From a virus (Duplodnaviria; Heunggongvirae; Uroviricota; Caudoviricetes): 23,762 bases of DNA. Under the pieces are notes generated by a model, which was not told where the DNA came from, did no database searches, and saw nothing but the letters and a program-made list of their open reading frames with translations. A program made the position numbers and the translations under genes. Below are positions 8,640-17,020 of the stretch, piece by piece. Position 1 is the stretch's first letter; every line of letters begins with the position of its first letter. The stretch lies in IMG/VR virus record IMGVR_UViG_2531839524_000007; one strand, given 5' to 3'.

Positions 8640-9179
8640 ATGCAACCACTTACATACCAACAGACTAGCGGATTTAGCCCGACTGCGGTGATAAATCGTT
8701 CTCAAACAAAACAGGTGCCAGGCCACGAAAAAATCCGTGATGCCGTCCGCGCCTGGTCGGCTGTAGATAATCAGGATGTCGTTGCCACACTCATTGTGAA
8801 TGAGTATCGGGAGCAGGGCGGCGGCACCATCGATTTCCCTGATGATGTCAGCCGTGCACGCCAGAAGCTGTTCCGCTTCCTCGATAACAAATTCGATTCT
8901 GAAAAATACCGAAATAATGTGCGTGAACTGACCCCGGCAATTCTGGCGGTACTACCGCTGGAATATCGCGGTTACCTGGTTGAGCAGGATAGCTTCATGG
9001 CTAGGTTGGCTGAAATGGAAAAGGAACTCAGTGAGGCAAAACAGGCTGTCATTCTCAACGCACCACGCCACCAGAAACTGAAGGAAATTAGTGAAGGTAT
9101 TGTGTCGATGTTTCGTGTGGACCCAGATCTGGCTGGTCCATTGATGGCGATGGTTACTACCATGCTGGGGGCGATATGA
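8640..9179 (+). CDS. cII-position regulatory protein, possibly YdaT-family
   Basis: 179-aa ORF with AAGGAG Shine-Dalgarno directly after cro; larger than lambda CII; family assignment is a recollection, not verified. Confidence 0.5.
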   Translation: MQPLTYQQTSGFSPTAVINRSQTKQVPGHEKIRDAVRAWSAVDNQDVVATLIVNEYREQGGGTIDFPDDVSRARQKLFRFLDNKFDSEKYRNNVRELTPAILAVLPLEYRGYLVEQDSFMARLAEMEKELSEAKQAVILNAPRHQKLKEISEGIVSMFRVDPDLAGPLMAMVTTMLGAI

Positions 9180-9265
9180 CAGGTTCAGAAATGGCGAAAG
9201 CCGGTCTGCTGGAACAGAACCGACTTTCAGGTGCAAATCGTAACACACTCATTGCGGGAGGAATT

Positions 9266-10195
9266 ATGGCAAACACTGCTGAGATATTCAATTTTCCAGT
9301 GCCGGATGCGGCACAAAAGGAGCCGCGCGTGGCAGATCTCGATGATGGTTATACGCGCATTGCAAATGAGTTGCTGGAAGCTGTGATGCTGGCCGGATTA
9401 ACACAGCACCAGCTTCTGGTCTTCCTGGCTGTCATGCGCAAAACATATGGCTTTAATAAAAAACTGGATTGGGTGAGCAACGAGCAACTTTCCGAGTTGA
9501 CCGGGATATTGCCGCACAAGTGTTCTGCTGCAAAAAGTGTTCTGGTAAAGCGTGGGATTTTTATTCAGAGTGGGCGGAATATCGGCATTAATAATGTGGT
9601 CAGTGAATGGTCAACATTACCCGAATCAGGTAAGAAAAATAAAGTTTACCTGAAAGAGGTAAATTTACCTGAATCAGGTAAGAAAAGTTTACCCAAATCA
9701 GGTAAAGGCGTTTACCCGAATCAGGTAAACACAAAAGACAAACTAACAAAAGACAATATAAAACCTTTTTCGTCCGAGAATTCTGGCGAATCCTCTGACC
9801 AGCCAGAAAACGACTTTCCTTTGGAGAAACTGGATGCTGCAATTCAGAGCGGCAGCAAGTGGGGGACAGCAGAAGACCTGACCGCCGCAGAGTGGATGTT
9901 TAACATGGTGAAGACCATCGCGCCCTCAGCCAGAAAACCGAATTTTGCAGGGTGGGCTAACGATATCCGCCTGATGCGTGAACGTGACGGACGTAACCAC
10001 CGCGACATGTGCGTGCTGTTCCGCTGGGCATGCCAGGACAACTTCTGGTCCGGTAACGTGCTGAGTCCGGCCAAACTCCGCGACAAGTGGACCCAACTCG
10101 AAATCAACCGTAACAAGCAACAGGCTGGCGTGACAACCGGAAAATCAAAACTCGACCTGACAAACACTGACTGGATTTACGGGGTGGATTTATGA
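9266..10195 (+). CDS. O: Replication initiator O
   Basis: ORF 9176..10195 on the track; start at ATG 9266 (MANTAEIFNF...) after GGAGG; N-terminal VADLDDGY and the C-terminal half (AAEWMF..MVKTIAPSARKPNFAGWANDIRLMRERDGRNHRDMCVLFRWACQDNFWSGNVLSPAKLRDKWTQLEINRNKQQAGVT...DLTNTDWIYGVDL) match lambda O as recalled; iterons lie inside the gene. Confidence 0.93.
   Translation: MANTAEIFNFPVPDAAQKEPRVADLDDGYTRIANELLEAVMLAGLTQHQLLVFLAVMRKTYGFNKKLDWVSNEQLSELTGILPHKCSAAKSVLVKRGIFIQSGRNIGINNVVSEWSTLPESGKKNKVYLKEVNLPESGKKSLPKSGKGVYPNQVNTKDKLTKDNIKPFSSENSGESSDQPENDFPLEKLDAAIQSGSKWGTAEDLTAAEWMFNMVKTIAPSARKPNFAGWANDIRLMRERDGRNHRDMCVLFRWACQDNFWSGNVLSPAKLRDKWTQLEINRNKQQAGVTTGKSKLDLTNTDWIYGVDL
9617..9775 (+). 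repeat. ori-lambda-type replication origin: five about 19-bp iterons followed by an AT-rich tract
   Basis: Tandem repeats ttacccgaatcaggtaag / tttacctgaaagaggtaaa / tttacctgaatcaggtaag / tttacccaaatcaggtaaa / tttacccgaatcaggtaaac, then acaaaagacaaactaacaaaagacaatataaaacc; inside the O reading frame as in lambda. Confidence 0.85.
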
Positions 10196-10893
10196 AAAAC
10201 ATCGCCGCACAGATGGTTAACTTTGACCGTGAGCAGATGCGCCGGATCGCCAACAACATGCCGGAACAGTACGACGAAAAGCCGCAGGTACAGCAGGTAG
10301 CGCAGATCATCAACGGTGTGTTCAGCCAGTTACTGGCAACTTTCCCGGCGAGCCTGGCTAACCGTGACCAGAATGAACTGAACGAAATCCGCCGCCAGTG
10401 GGTTCTGGCTTTCTGGGAAAACGGGATCACCACAATGGAACAGGTTAACGCTGGAATGCGCGTAGCCCGTCGGCAGAATCGACCATTCCTGCCATCACCC
10501 GGGCAGTTTGTCGCCTGGTGCCGGGAAGAAGCATCCGTTACCGCCGGGCTGCCAAACGCCAGCGAGCTGGTTGATATGGTTTACGAGTATTGCCGGAAGC
10601 GCGGGCTGTATCCGGATGCAGAGTCTTATCCGTGGAAATCAAACGCGCACTACTGGCTGGTTACCAACCTGTATCAGAACATGCGGGCCAATGCGTTGAC
10701 TGACGCGGAATTACGGCGCAAGGCTGCCGATGAACTGTCCTGTATGACCGCACGAATTAACCGTGGTGAGGCTATACCTGAACCAGTAAAACAACTTCCT
10801 GTCATGGGCGTTAGACCTCTAAATCGTGCACAGGCTCTGGCGAAGATCGCAGAAATCAAAGCTAAGTTTGGGCTGAAAGGAGCAAGGGTATGA
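10192..10893 (+). CDS. P: Replication protein P (DnaB helicase loader)
   Basis: 233-aa ORF MKNIAAQMVNFDREQMRRIANNMPEQYDEKPQVQQVAQIINGVFSQ... recognised as lambda P; same length; overlaps the O stop. Confidence 0.95.
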   Translation: MKNIAAQMVNFDREQMRRIANNMPEQYDEKPQVQQVAQIINGVFSQLLATFPASLANRDQNELNEIRRQWVLAFWENGITTMEQVNAGMRVARRQNRPFLPSPGQFVAWCREEASVTAGLPNASELVDMVYEYCRKRGLYPDAESYPWKSNAHYWLVTNLYQNMRANALTDAELRRKAADELSCMTARINRGEAIPEPVKQLPVMGVRPLNRAQALAKIAEIKAKFGLKGARV

Positions 10894-11192
10894 CGGGCAA
10901 AGAGGCAATTATTCATTACCTGGGGACTCATAAGAAATTCTGTGCGCAGGACGTTGCCGCGGTAACAGGCGCAACGGTAACCAGCATAAATCAGGCTGCG
11001 GCTAAAATGGCGCGGGCAGGAATCCTGGTCGTTGATGGTAAGGTCTGGCGAACGGTGTATTATCGGTTCGCTACCAGAGAAGAATGGGAAGGAAAGGTGA
11101 GCACGAATTTGATTTTTAAGGAGTGTCGCCAGAGTGCCGCGATGAAACGGGTATTGAGGGTATATAAAAGAACATCAATGGGTACACAATGA
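10890..11192 (+). CDS. ren: Ren (Rex-exclusion relief) protein
   Basis: 100-aa ORF MTGKEAIIHYLGTHKKFCAQDVAAVTGATVTSINQAAAKMARAGILVVDGKVWRTVYYRFATREE... recognised as lambda Ren. Confidence 0.9.
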   Translation: MTGKEAIIHYLGTHKKFCAQDVAAVTGATVTSINQAAAKMARAGILVVDGKVWRTVYYRFATREEWEGKVSTNLIFKECRQSAAMKRVLRVYKRTSMGTQ

Positions 11193-11209
11193 TGAAACAG
11201 GTGAGTTGA

Positions 11210-11244
11210 GTTCAAACTGTAGTACAATTCTCTCCAGTTTGAAC
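11210..11244. repeat. Perfect 10-bp inverted repeat GTTCAAACTG-N15-CAGTTTGAAC just upstream of emrE
   Basis: Read directly; lies between the ren stop and the emrE Shine-Dalgarno; the 9-mer AGTTTGAAC recurs at 14817-14825. Confidence 0.6.
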
Positions 11245-11259
11245 AGGAAAGAATATGCT

Positions 11260-11592
11260 ATGAATCCTTATATTTATCTTGGTGGTGCAATACTTGCAGA
11301 GGTCATTGGTACAACCTTAATGAAGTTTTCAGAAGGTTTTACACGGTTATGGCCATCTGTTGGTACAATTATTTGTTATTGTGCATCATTCTGGTTATTA
11401 GCTCAGACGCTGGCTTATATTCCTACAGGGATTGCTTATGCTATCTGGTCAGGAGTCGGTATTGTCCTGATTAGCTTACTATCATGGGGATTTTTCGGCC
11501 AACGGTTGGCCCTGCCAGCCATTATAGGCATGATGTTGATTTGTGCCGGTGTGTTGGTTATTAATTTATTGTCACGAAGCACACCACATTAA
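11260..11592 (+). CDS. emrE: Small multidrug resistance efflux transporter EmrE
   Basis: 110 aa from ATG 11260 after AGGAAAG; MNPYIYLGGAILAEVIGTTLMKFSEGFTRLWPSVGTIICYCASFWLLAQTLAYIPTGIAYAIWSGVGIVLISLLSWGFFGQRL... recognised as EmrE with the conserved membrane Glu14. Confidence 0.93.
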   Translation: MNPYIYLGGAILAEVIGTTLMKFSEGFTRLWPSVGTIICYCASFWLLAQTLAYIPTGIAYAIWSGVGIVLISLLSWGFFGQRLALPAIIGMMLICAGVLVINLLSRSTPH

Positions 11593-11847
11593 AAATAATT
11601 TGTTTTTAAACGACTAAAATATGGAGGCTCGTATATTTATATGGGCCTCGTTTTATGCTTTTTGTTAATGTCTTTAGTTTTTATTCATTCTTTTGTGCTT
11701 TCAAGATTATGGTGTAAGAAAATTGCAATACGATTATTGTTGTATATTCAAGATAATGTGACCTTAATTGTCTTTTTAAATAAAAATTAAACAAAAATCA
11801 TATCTCACCACTAAGGTTTATAAAAGCATACTTTAGCAGGTGTCACC

Positions 11848-13374
11848 ATGAAAAAAGCCATAGCATATATGCGATTTTCATCACCAGGTCAGATGTCTGG
11901 TGATTCATTAAACCGCCAGAGAAGGCTTATTACTGAATGGCTAAAGGTAAATAGTGATTATTACCTTGATACCGTAACGTATGAAGATTTGGGGTTAAGC
12001 GCATTCAATGGAAAGCATGCACAATCAGGAGCTTTTTCGGAATTTTTAGATGCTATAGAACATGGTTATATATTGCCAGGGACTACATTGTTAGTTGAAA
12101 GTCTGGACAGACTTTCAAGAGAAAAAGTCGGTGAAGCGATTGAGCGTCTGAAATTGATTTTGAATCACGGTATTGATGTTATAACTCTTTGCGATAATAC
12201 AGTCTATAATATTGACTCATTGAATGAGCCATATTCATTAATAAAAGCCATACTTATAGCACAAAGGGCAAATGAAGAAAGCGAGATAAAGTCAAGTCGG
12301 GTTAAATTATCATGGAAGAAAAAACGGCAGGATGCACTGGAGTCAGGCACGATTATGACGGCGTCTTGTCCGAGATGGCTCTCATTGGATGACAAAAGAA
12401 CGGCTTTTGTTCCAGACCCCGACAGGGTGAAAACTATTGAGCTAATTTTTAAACTCAGGATGGAAAGGCGCTCATTGAATGCAATAGCCAAGTATTTAAA
12501 TGATCATGCTGTAAAGAATTTCTCAGGAAAAGAAAGTGCATGGGGACCTTCTGTAATTGAAAAATTATTAGCGAATAAAGCTCTGATAGGTATATGCGTA
12601 CCTTCATATCGTGCAAGAGGTAAAGGAATAAGTGAAATCGCTGGCTATTATCCCAGAGTCATATCAGATGATTTGTTTTACGCTGTGCAGGAAATTCGGT
12701 TGGCACCTTTTGGTATTAGCAATAGTAGCAAAAATCCTATGTTGATAAATCTACTTCGAACAGTTATGAAGTGCGAGGCTTGTGGTAATACCATGATTGT
12801 TCATGCGATATCTGGAAGTTTGCATGGCTATTATGTTTGTCCGATGAGAAGACTGCATCGATGTGACAGGCCATCAATAAAGAGAGATTTGGTTGATTAT
12901 AATATCATTAATGAGTTGCTTTTTAATTGTAGTAAAATCCAACCAGTTGAAAACAAGAAAGATGCTAATGAAACTTTAGAGTTGAAAATTATTGAGCTCC
13001 AGATGAAAATTAATAATTTAATTGCTGCATTATCTGTTGCGCCTGAAGTTACCGCTATAGCAGAAAAAATCAGAGTATTAGATAAGGAATTACGAAGGGC
13101 TTCTGTATCATTAAAAACTTTGAAGAGTAAAGCGGTGAGTTCACTTGGTGATTTTCATGCTATTGACTTAACCAGTAAAAATGGGCGAGAGCTATGTCGT
13201 ACACTTGCCTATAAAACATTCGAAAAAATCATAATCAATACAGATAATAAAACCTGTGATATCTATTTTATGAATGGCATTGTTTTTAAACACTATCCTT
13301 TAATGAAAACAATATCTGCCCAGCAGGCGATAAGTACTCTCAAATATATGGTTGATGGTGAGGTTTATTTTTGA
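11848..13374 (+). CDS. ybcK: Large serine recombinase, YbcK-like
   Basis: 508-aa ORF; N-terminal resolvase-type catalytic domain (AIAYMRFSSPGQ, VESLDRLSR), recombinase domain, Cys cluster CEACGN...CPMRRLHRC, C-terminal coiled-coil-like region; low GC; recalled as the DLP12 ybcK family. Confidence 0.85.
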   Translation: MKKAIAYMRFSSPGQMSGDSLNRQRRLITEWLKVNSDYYLDTVTYEDLGLSAFNGKHAQSGAFSEFLDAIEHGYILPGTTLLVESLDRLSREKVGEAIERLKLILNHGIDVITLCDNTVYNIDSLNEPYSLIKAILIAQRANEESEIKSSRVKLSWKKKRQDALESGTIMTASCPRWLSLDDKRTAFVPDPDRVKTIELIFKLRMERRSLNAIAKYLNDHAVKNFSGKESAWGPSVIEKLLANKALIGICVPSYRARGKGISEIAGYYPRVISDDLFYAVQEIRLAPFGISNSSKNPMLINLLRTVMKCEACGNTMIVHAISGSLHGYYVCPMRRLHRCDRPSIKRDLVDYNIINELLFNCSKIQPVENKKDANETLELKIIELQMKINNLIAALSVAPEVTAIAEKIRVLDKELRRASVSLKTLKSKAVSSLGDFHAIDLTSKNGRELCRTLAYKTFEKIIINTDNKTCDIYFMNGIVFKHYPLMKTISAQQAISTLKYMVDGEVYF

Positions 13375-13485
13375 GTAATAATCACTTTTTCAACCGTGCT
13401 ATAGTAAGAAAGTTAGGTAAGTACAATAAAATTATCTATCCTGAACGAAGCGTCCTGAGCTATGGTTTTACTATAGGGACTGCCA

Positions 13486-13809
13486 ATGGATGCTGGCGTT
13501 CTCGTTCTAGCAGTTCAACAATCCCCAATCACAAAACAATTCACTGATAACGAACTTTGCACACTCGCCTGGTTATGGCGAGCAGGGAATGTGATGTTAA
13601 TTACCTACCAGAACGTTACTCCTCTTCTTCAGGTTGCGGAGCATCGTGAAGCTGGTCGCTTCACTTCTATCGAGCAAGAATATCCCCAGATACTCAACAG
13701 AGCGCGAGCAATCCTCGTCCGAGAAACGGCACATGTAAAACTTCAGCCGTGGCAGGATGATAAGTGGAGTCGAGTATTGCCGCATTTACCTCAGAATCTG
13801 TTTCAATAA
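13486..13809 (+). CDS. Hypothetical 107-aa protein upstream of the HNH-motif gene
   Basis: ORF with ATG and weak AGGGA Shine-Dalgarno; no recognisable family; could be a gene remnant. Confidence 0.35.
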   Translation: MDAGVLVLAVQQSPITKQFTDNELCTLAWLWRAGNVMLITYQNVTPLLQVAEHREAGRFTSIEQEYPQILNRARAILVRETAHVKLQPWQDDKWSRVLPHLPQNLFQ

Positions 13810-13827
13810 AGGCGCTAGTTAGTAAGG

Positions 13828-13853
13828 CTTCCGTCATTCTGCGATGACGGAAG
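13828..13853 (+). terminator. Perfect 10-bp-stem hairpin (cttccgtcat-tctgcg-atgacggaag) after the 107-aa ORF
   Basis: Inverted repeat read directly; no strong downstream T-tract, so it may be an attenuator, processing site or repeat element rather than a terminator. Confidence 0.35.
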
Positions 13854-13983
13854 TGCGGGCTGCGTACGGGAGAGCAATTGCATGAATAATATAAATATTC
13901 CGCTCACTCCATATAGCGATTTCTGATACAAACTTATCTATTGTGGTAAAATTATAGAAACAAACTTATAGCGTACTAACCAT

Positions 13984-14766
13984 ATGGACAATATTAATAA
14001 ACACGGGCTCTCAAGAAGAATTCCTGAGACAATAAAACGTCAGATAAGGCAAAGGTGCGGCTTTGGCTGTGTAATTTGTGGATTTGGATTTTATGATTAT
14101 GAGCATTTTAAACCTGACTTCGTTGATGCCAAAGTACATGATCCGAATGGAATGACACTTCTTTGCTCCCAATGCAATCAAAAAAGAGCTCGTGGTAGAC
14201 TTTCAGCACAGACAGTGGAAATAGCTGACAGAAATCCCAAGTGCTTACAGGCTGGTTTTGCAAATGAAATGTTTGATTTTCATAATGAGCCTATAACAGT
14301 AAAATTTGCAGGAGTGACGTTTCATAACTGTCAAAATTTGATTGTAGTCAACGAACAACCCATTCTTTCTGTGAAACCTTCACCCATACCACATGGACCG
14401 ATGCTTTTATCAGGAATTTTCTGTAATTCTATTGGTAAGGAGACTTTACTGATAGATGAAAATGAATGGAAAGCTAAATCAGACAATTGGGATGTGGAGT
14501 GTACCGGCCCGCGTATAACAATACGACGTGGGCCAGGAGAGTTTGCCCTCGTTCTAAAAATGGAACCTCCAACAGGATTGATTGTTGAGCGTCTTGATAT
14601 GTTGTATGAAGGGGTCAGGATGAAAGGAGATAAAGATCTGCTGGAAGTTTCGATTAATGGAGGTCCCTTGCACAGATGGCAATCATGCTCAATGTCAAAT
14701 TGCCATACAGGGCTTGCGATTCAGGGCGGTATTAGAGCTGCTAATGATCCTTTGTATTGCGCCTAA
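13984..14766 (+). CDS. HNH-motif nuclease-domain protein with uncharacterised about 180-aa C-terminal domain
   Basis: 260-aa ORF; N-terminal CGFGCVICGFGFYDYEHF...HDPNGMTLLCSQCNQKR matches the HNH pattern (Cys pair, D/E-H, Asn, second Cys pair); remainder unrecognised; low GC. Confidence 0.75.
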   Translation: MDNINKHGLSRRIPETIKRQIRQRCGFGCVICGFGFYDYEHFKPDFVDAKVHDPNGMTLLCSQCNQKRARGRLSAQTVEIADRNPKCLQAGFANEMFDFHNEPITVKFAGVTFHNCQNLIVVNEQPILSVKPSPIPHGPMLLSGIFCNSIGKETLLIDENEWKAKSDNWDVECTGPRITIRRGPGEFALVLKMEPPTGLIVERLDMLYEGVRMKGDKDLLEVSINGGPLHRWQSCSMSNCHTGLAIQGGIRAANDPLYCA

Positions 14767-14808
14767 ATCCACTAAATTGATTTTCAACAATCAACTTGCC
14801 ATAATTAA

Positions 14809-14836
14809 GTCACCGGAGTTTGAACTCCTCCGGTGA
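14809..14836 (+). terminator. Perfect 10-bp-stem hairpin (gtcaccggag-tttgaact-ctccggtgac) downstream of the HNH gene
   Basis: Inverted repeat read directly; loop contains the AGTTTGAAC 9-mer also found upstream of emrE. Confidence 0.5.
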
Positions 14837-14958
14837 CTTCTGCGCTAAACGGGGACGTTTATGCGCACATACAATCCAACCTCTCTTCTCCATTCACAGA
14901 TGCAGAAATGCACCTGCGATATTTTGCATCCAGCGTTTGATCTCTGCGGAGGTGAAGC

Positions 14959-15414
14959 GTGAACCTCCCACAAGATGGTATCAAATTGCATCGCGGTAAC
15001 TTCACCGCTATCGGTCGGCAGATCCAGCCTTATCTGGAGGACGGCAAATGCTTTCGCATGGTGCTTAAACCGTGGCGCGAGAGACGCAGTCTTTCCCAGA
15101 ATGCACTCAGCCACATGTGGTACAGCGAAATCAGTGAATACCTCATCAGCAAGGGTAAAACGTTCGCCACTCCAGCTTGGGTAAAAGATGCTCTCAAACA
15201 CACATATCTCGGTTATGAAACCAAAGACCTGGTTGATGTCGTAACCGGTGATATCACCACTATCCAGTCGTTACGCCATACCTCCGATCTTGATACCGGA
15301 GAGATGTATGTCTTCCTGTGTAAGGTTGAAGCCTGGGCGATGAATATTGGCTGCCACCTGACTATTCCGCAGAGCTGCGAGTTCCAGCAGCTCCGCGACA
15401 AACAGGAGGCGTAA
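14959..15414 (+). CDS. ybcN: NinB-family protein, YbcN-like
   Basis: 151-aa ORF with GTG start; [13 protein letters not shown] motif of the NinB family; recalled as DLP12 ybcN. Confidence 0.85.
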   Translation: MNLPQDGIKLHRGNFTAIGRQIQPYLEDGKCFRMVLKPWRERRSLSQNALSHMWYSEISEYLISKGKTFATPAWVKDALKHTYLGYETKDLVDVVTGDITTIQSLRHTSDLDTGEMYVFLCKVEAWAMNIGCHLTIPQSCEFQQLRDKQEA

Positions 15415-15584
15415 TGGCTACACCGCTTATTCGTGTCATGAACGGACACATCTACAGAGTACCAAATCGTCGTAAGCGTAAACCGGAGCTGAAGCCTTCC
15501 GAAATACCAACACTGCTCGGATATACCGCCAGCCTGGTTGATAAAAAATGGTTGCGACTGGCAGCAAGGAGGAATCATGGCTGA
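15414..15584 (+). CDS. ninE: NinE-like small protein
   Basis: Hand-translated 56-aa [59 protein letters not shown]; start overlaps the ybcN stop (TAATG); below the ORF-track cutoff. Confidence 0.7.
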   Translation: MATPLIRVMNGHIYRVPNRRKRKPELKPSEIPTLLGYTASLVDKKWLRLAARRNHG

Positions 15585-15867
15585 TTTGAGAAAAGCAGCG
15601 CGTAGTCGGGAATGCCAGGTAAGAATCCCTGGCGTATGTAATGGCAACCCTGAAACGTCTGTACTGGCACATATCCGGCTGACTGGATTGTGCGGCACCG
15701 GTACCAAACCGCCAGACCTGATTGCCACCATTGCATGTTCTGCCTGCCACGACGAAATCGACCGCCGCACACATTTTGTCGATGCTGCATATGCAAAAGA
15801 ATGCGCGCTGGAAGGTATGGCGAGAACACAGGTTATCTGGCTGAAAGAGGGGGTTATTAAGGCGTGA
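15577..15867 (+). CDS. ybcO: YbcO-like nin-region protein (putative nuclease)
   Basis: ORF 15538..15867 on the track; start at ATG 15577 ([15 protein letters not shown]...) after AAGGAGG gives 96 aa; Cys/His-rich. Confidence 0.85.
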   Translation: MADLRKAARSRECQVRIPGVCNGNPETSVLAHIRLTGLCGTGTKPPDLIATIACSACHDEIDRRTHFVDAAYAKECALEGMARTQVIWLKEGVIKA

Positions 15868-16226
15868 ATACCTACAGCATCACATTACCCTGGCCTCCGA
15901 GCAATAATCGCTATTACCGCCATAATCGCGGGCGCACGCACGTCAGCGCAGAGGGGCAGGCATACCGCGATAACGTCGCCCGAATCATTAAAAACGCAAT
16001 GCTGGATATCGGCCTGGCTATGCCTGTGAAAATCCGCATTGAGTGCCACATGCCGGATCGCCGTCGCCGTGACCTGGATAATCTGCAAAAAGCCGCTTTT
16101 GACGCACTCACTAAAGCAGGTTTCTGGCTGGATGATGCTCAGGTCGTTGATTACCGCGTTGTGAAGATGCCGGTTGTCAAAGGTGGAAAGCTGGAACTGA
16201 CCATCACTGAACTGGGAGATGAATGA
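15864..16226 (+). CDS. rusA: Holliday-junction resolvase RusA
   Basis: 120-aa [102 protein letters not shown]... recognised as RusA. Confidence 0.93.
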   Translation: MNTYSITLPWPPSNNRYYRHNRGRTHVSAEGQAYRDNVARIIKNAMLDIGLAMPVKIRIECHMPDRRRRDLDNLQKAAFDALTKAGFWLDDAQVVDYRVVKMPVVKGGKLELTITELGDE

Positions 16227-16363
16227 TGTTTGAGTTTTATATGGCAGAACTTCTTCGCCACCGCTGGATGCGCCTGCGCTTATATCGTTTCCCCGGTTCT
16301 GTTTTGACCGATTACCGAATACTGAAGAATTACGCCAAAACACTGACAGGAGCAGGAGTATGA
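16223..16363 (+). CDS. ylcG: YlcG-like small protein
   Basis: Hand-translated 46-aa [49 protein letters not shown]; overlaps the rusA stop. Confidence 0.65.
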   Translation: MMFEFYMAELLRHRWMRLRLYRFPGSVLTDYRILKNYAKTLTGAGV

Positions 16364-16448
16364 AGTCAGAGATAACAATCAACTAATACTGTTTTGTTGA
16401 TTTTTGCTTGTAATTGGCGTTCTGGTCTGATTTTTGTGGAGTAAGTTG

Positions 16449-16832
16449 ATGCGTGATATTCAGATGGTTCTTGAGCGTTGGGGAGCGTGGGCGGCTAATA
16501 ATCATGAAGATGTGACCTGGTCGTCCATTGCCGCCGGTTTTAAGGGATTAATTACTTCAAAAGTAAAATCTCGCCCGCAATGTTGTGACGATGACGCGAT
16601 GATTATTTGCGGGTGCATGGCCCGTCTGAAAAAGAACAACAGCGATTTGCACGATTTATTAGTAGATTATTATGTAGTCGGTATGACATTCATGTCACTG
16701 GCAGGTAAGCATTGCTGCTCTGATGGTTATATCGGGAAAAGGTTACAGAAGGCTGAGGGCATAATTGAAGGGATGTTAATGGCATTAGATATCCGGTTAG
16801 AGATGGATATCGTTGTTAATAACTCTAATTAA
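16449..16832 (+). CDS. quuD: Late-gene antiterminator Q (phage-82/DLP12 QuuD type)
   Basis: ORF 16434..16832 on the track; ATG 16449 ([22 protein letters not shown]...) preceded by GGAG; Cys-rich zinc-binding region [16 protein letters not shown]; recalled as QuuD. Confidence 0.88.
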   Translation: MRDIQMVLERWGAWAANNHEDVTWSSIAAGFKGLITSKVKSRPQCCDDDAMIICGCMARLKKNNSDLHDLLVDYYVVGMTFMSLAGKHCCSDGYIGKRLQKAEGIIEGMLMALDIRLEMDIVVNNSN

Positions 16833-16865
16833 TATGCCAATTGTTTACTAAAAATTATTAAAAAT

Positions 16866-16996
16866 GGGGCGTTGAGACGCCCCCAAAAATAAAGGGTAAT
16901 ATATAACAGAAGGTTTATATAGTTAGAAGCAAGGTTGTGCTCCTAAAGGAAGTGGCTTGAGGGAGCCACTTATATGTTGGGGAGGCAAAGCCTCCC
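16866..16996. promoter_or_regulatory. Q-proximal late-control region with three GC-rich hairpins
   Basis: Hairpins ggggcg-ttgaga-cgcccc (16866-16883), agtggct-tgaggg-agccact (16951-16970) and gggaggc-aaa-gcctccc (16979-16996); convergent with the nmpC 3' end, so they may serve the late leader and/or terminate nmpC. Confidence 0.4.
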
Positions 16997-17020
16997 GCAA
17001 CATATCTTTTAGTAATCAAA

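Noticed and set aside
9600-9780. Tandem about 19-bp repeats that superficially resemble a short CRISPR array
   Set aside because: The repeats are contiguous with no unique spacers, vary from unit to unit, lie inside the O reading frame and are followed by an AT-rich tract: this is the replication origin iteron set, not CRISPR
9844-10433. Minus-strand ORFs of 107, 64 and 109 aa inside O and P
   Set aside because: Antisense to recognised replication genes
15213-16382. Minus-strand ORFs of 185, 112, 84, 165 and 65 aa across ninE/ybcO/rusA
   Set aside because: Antisense to a tightly packed, overlapping plus-strand operon of recognised nin genes; typical GC-rich shadow ORFs
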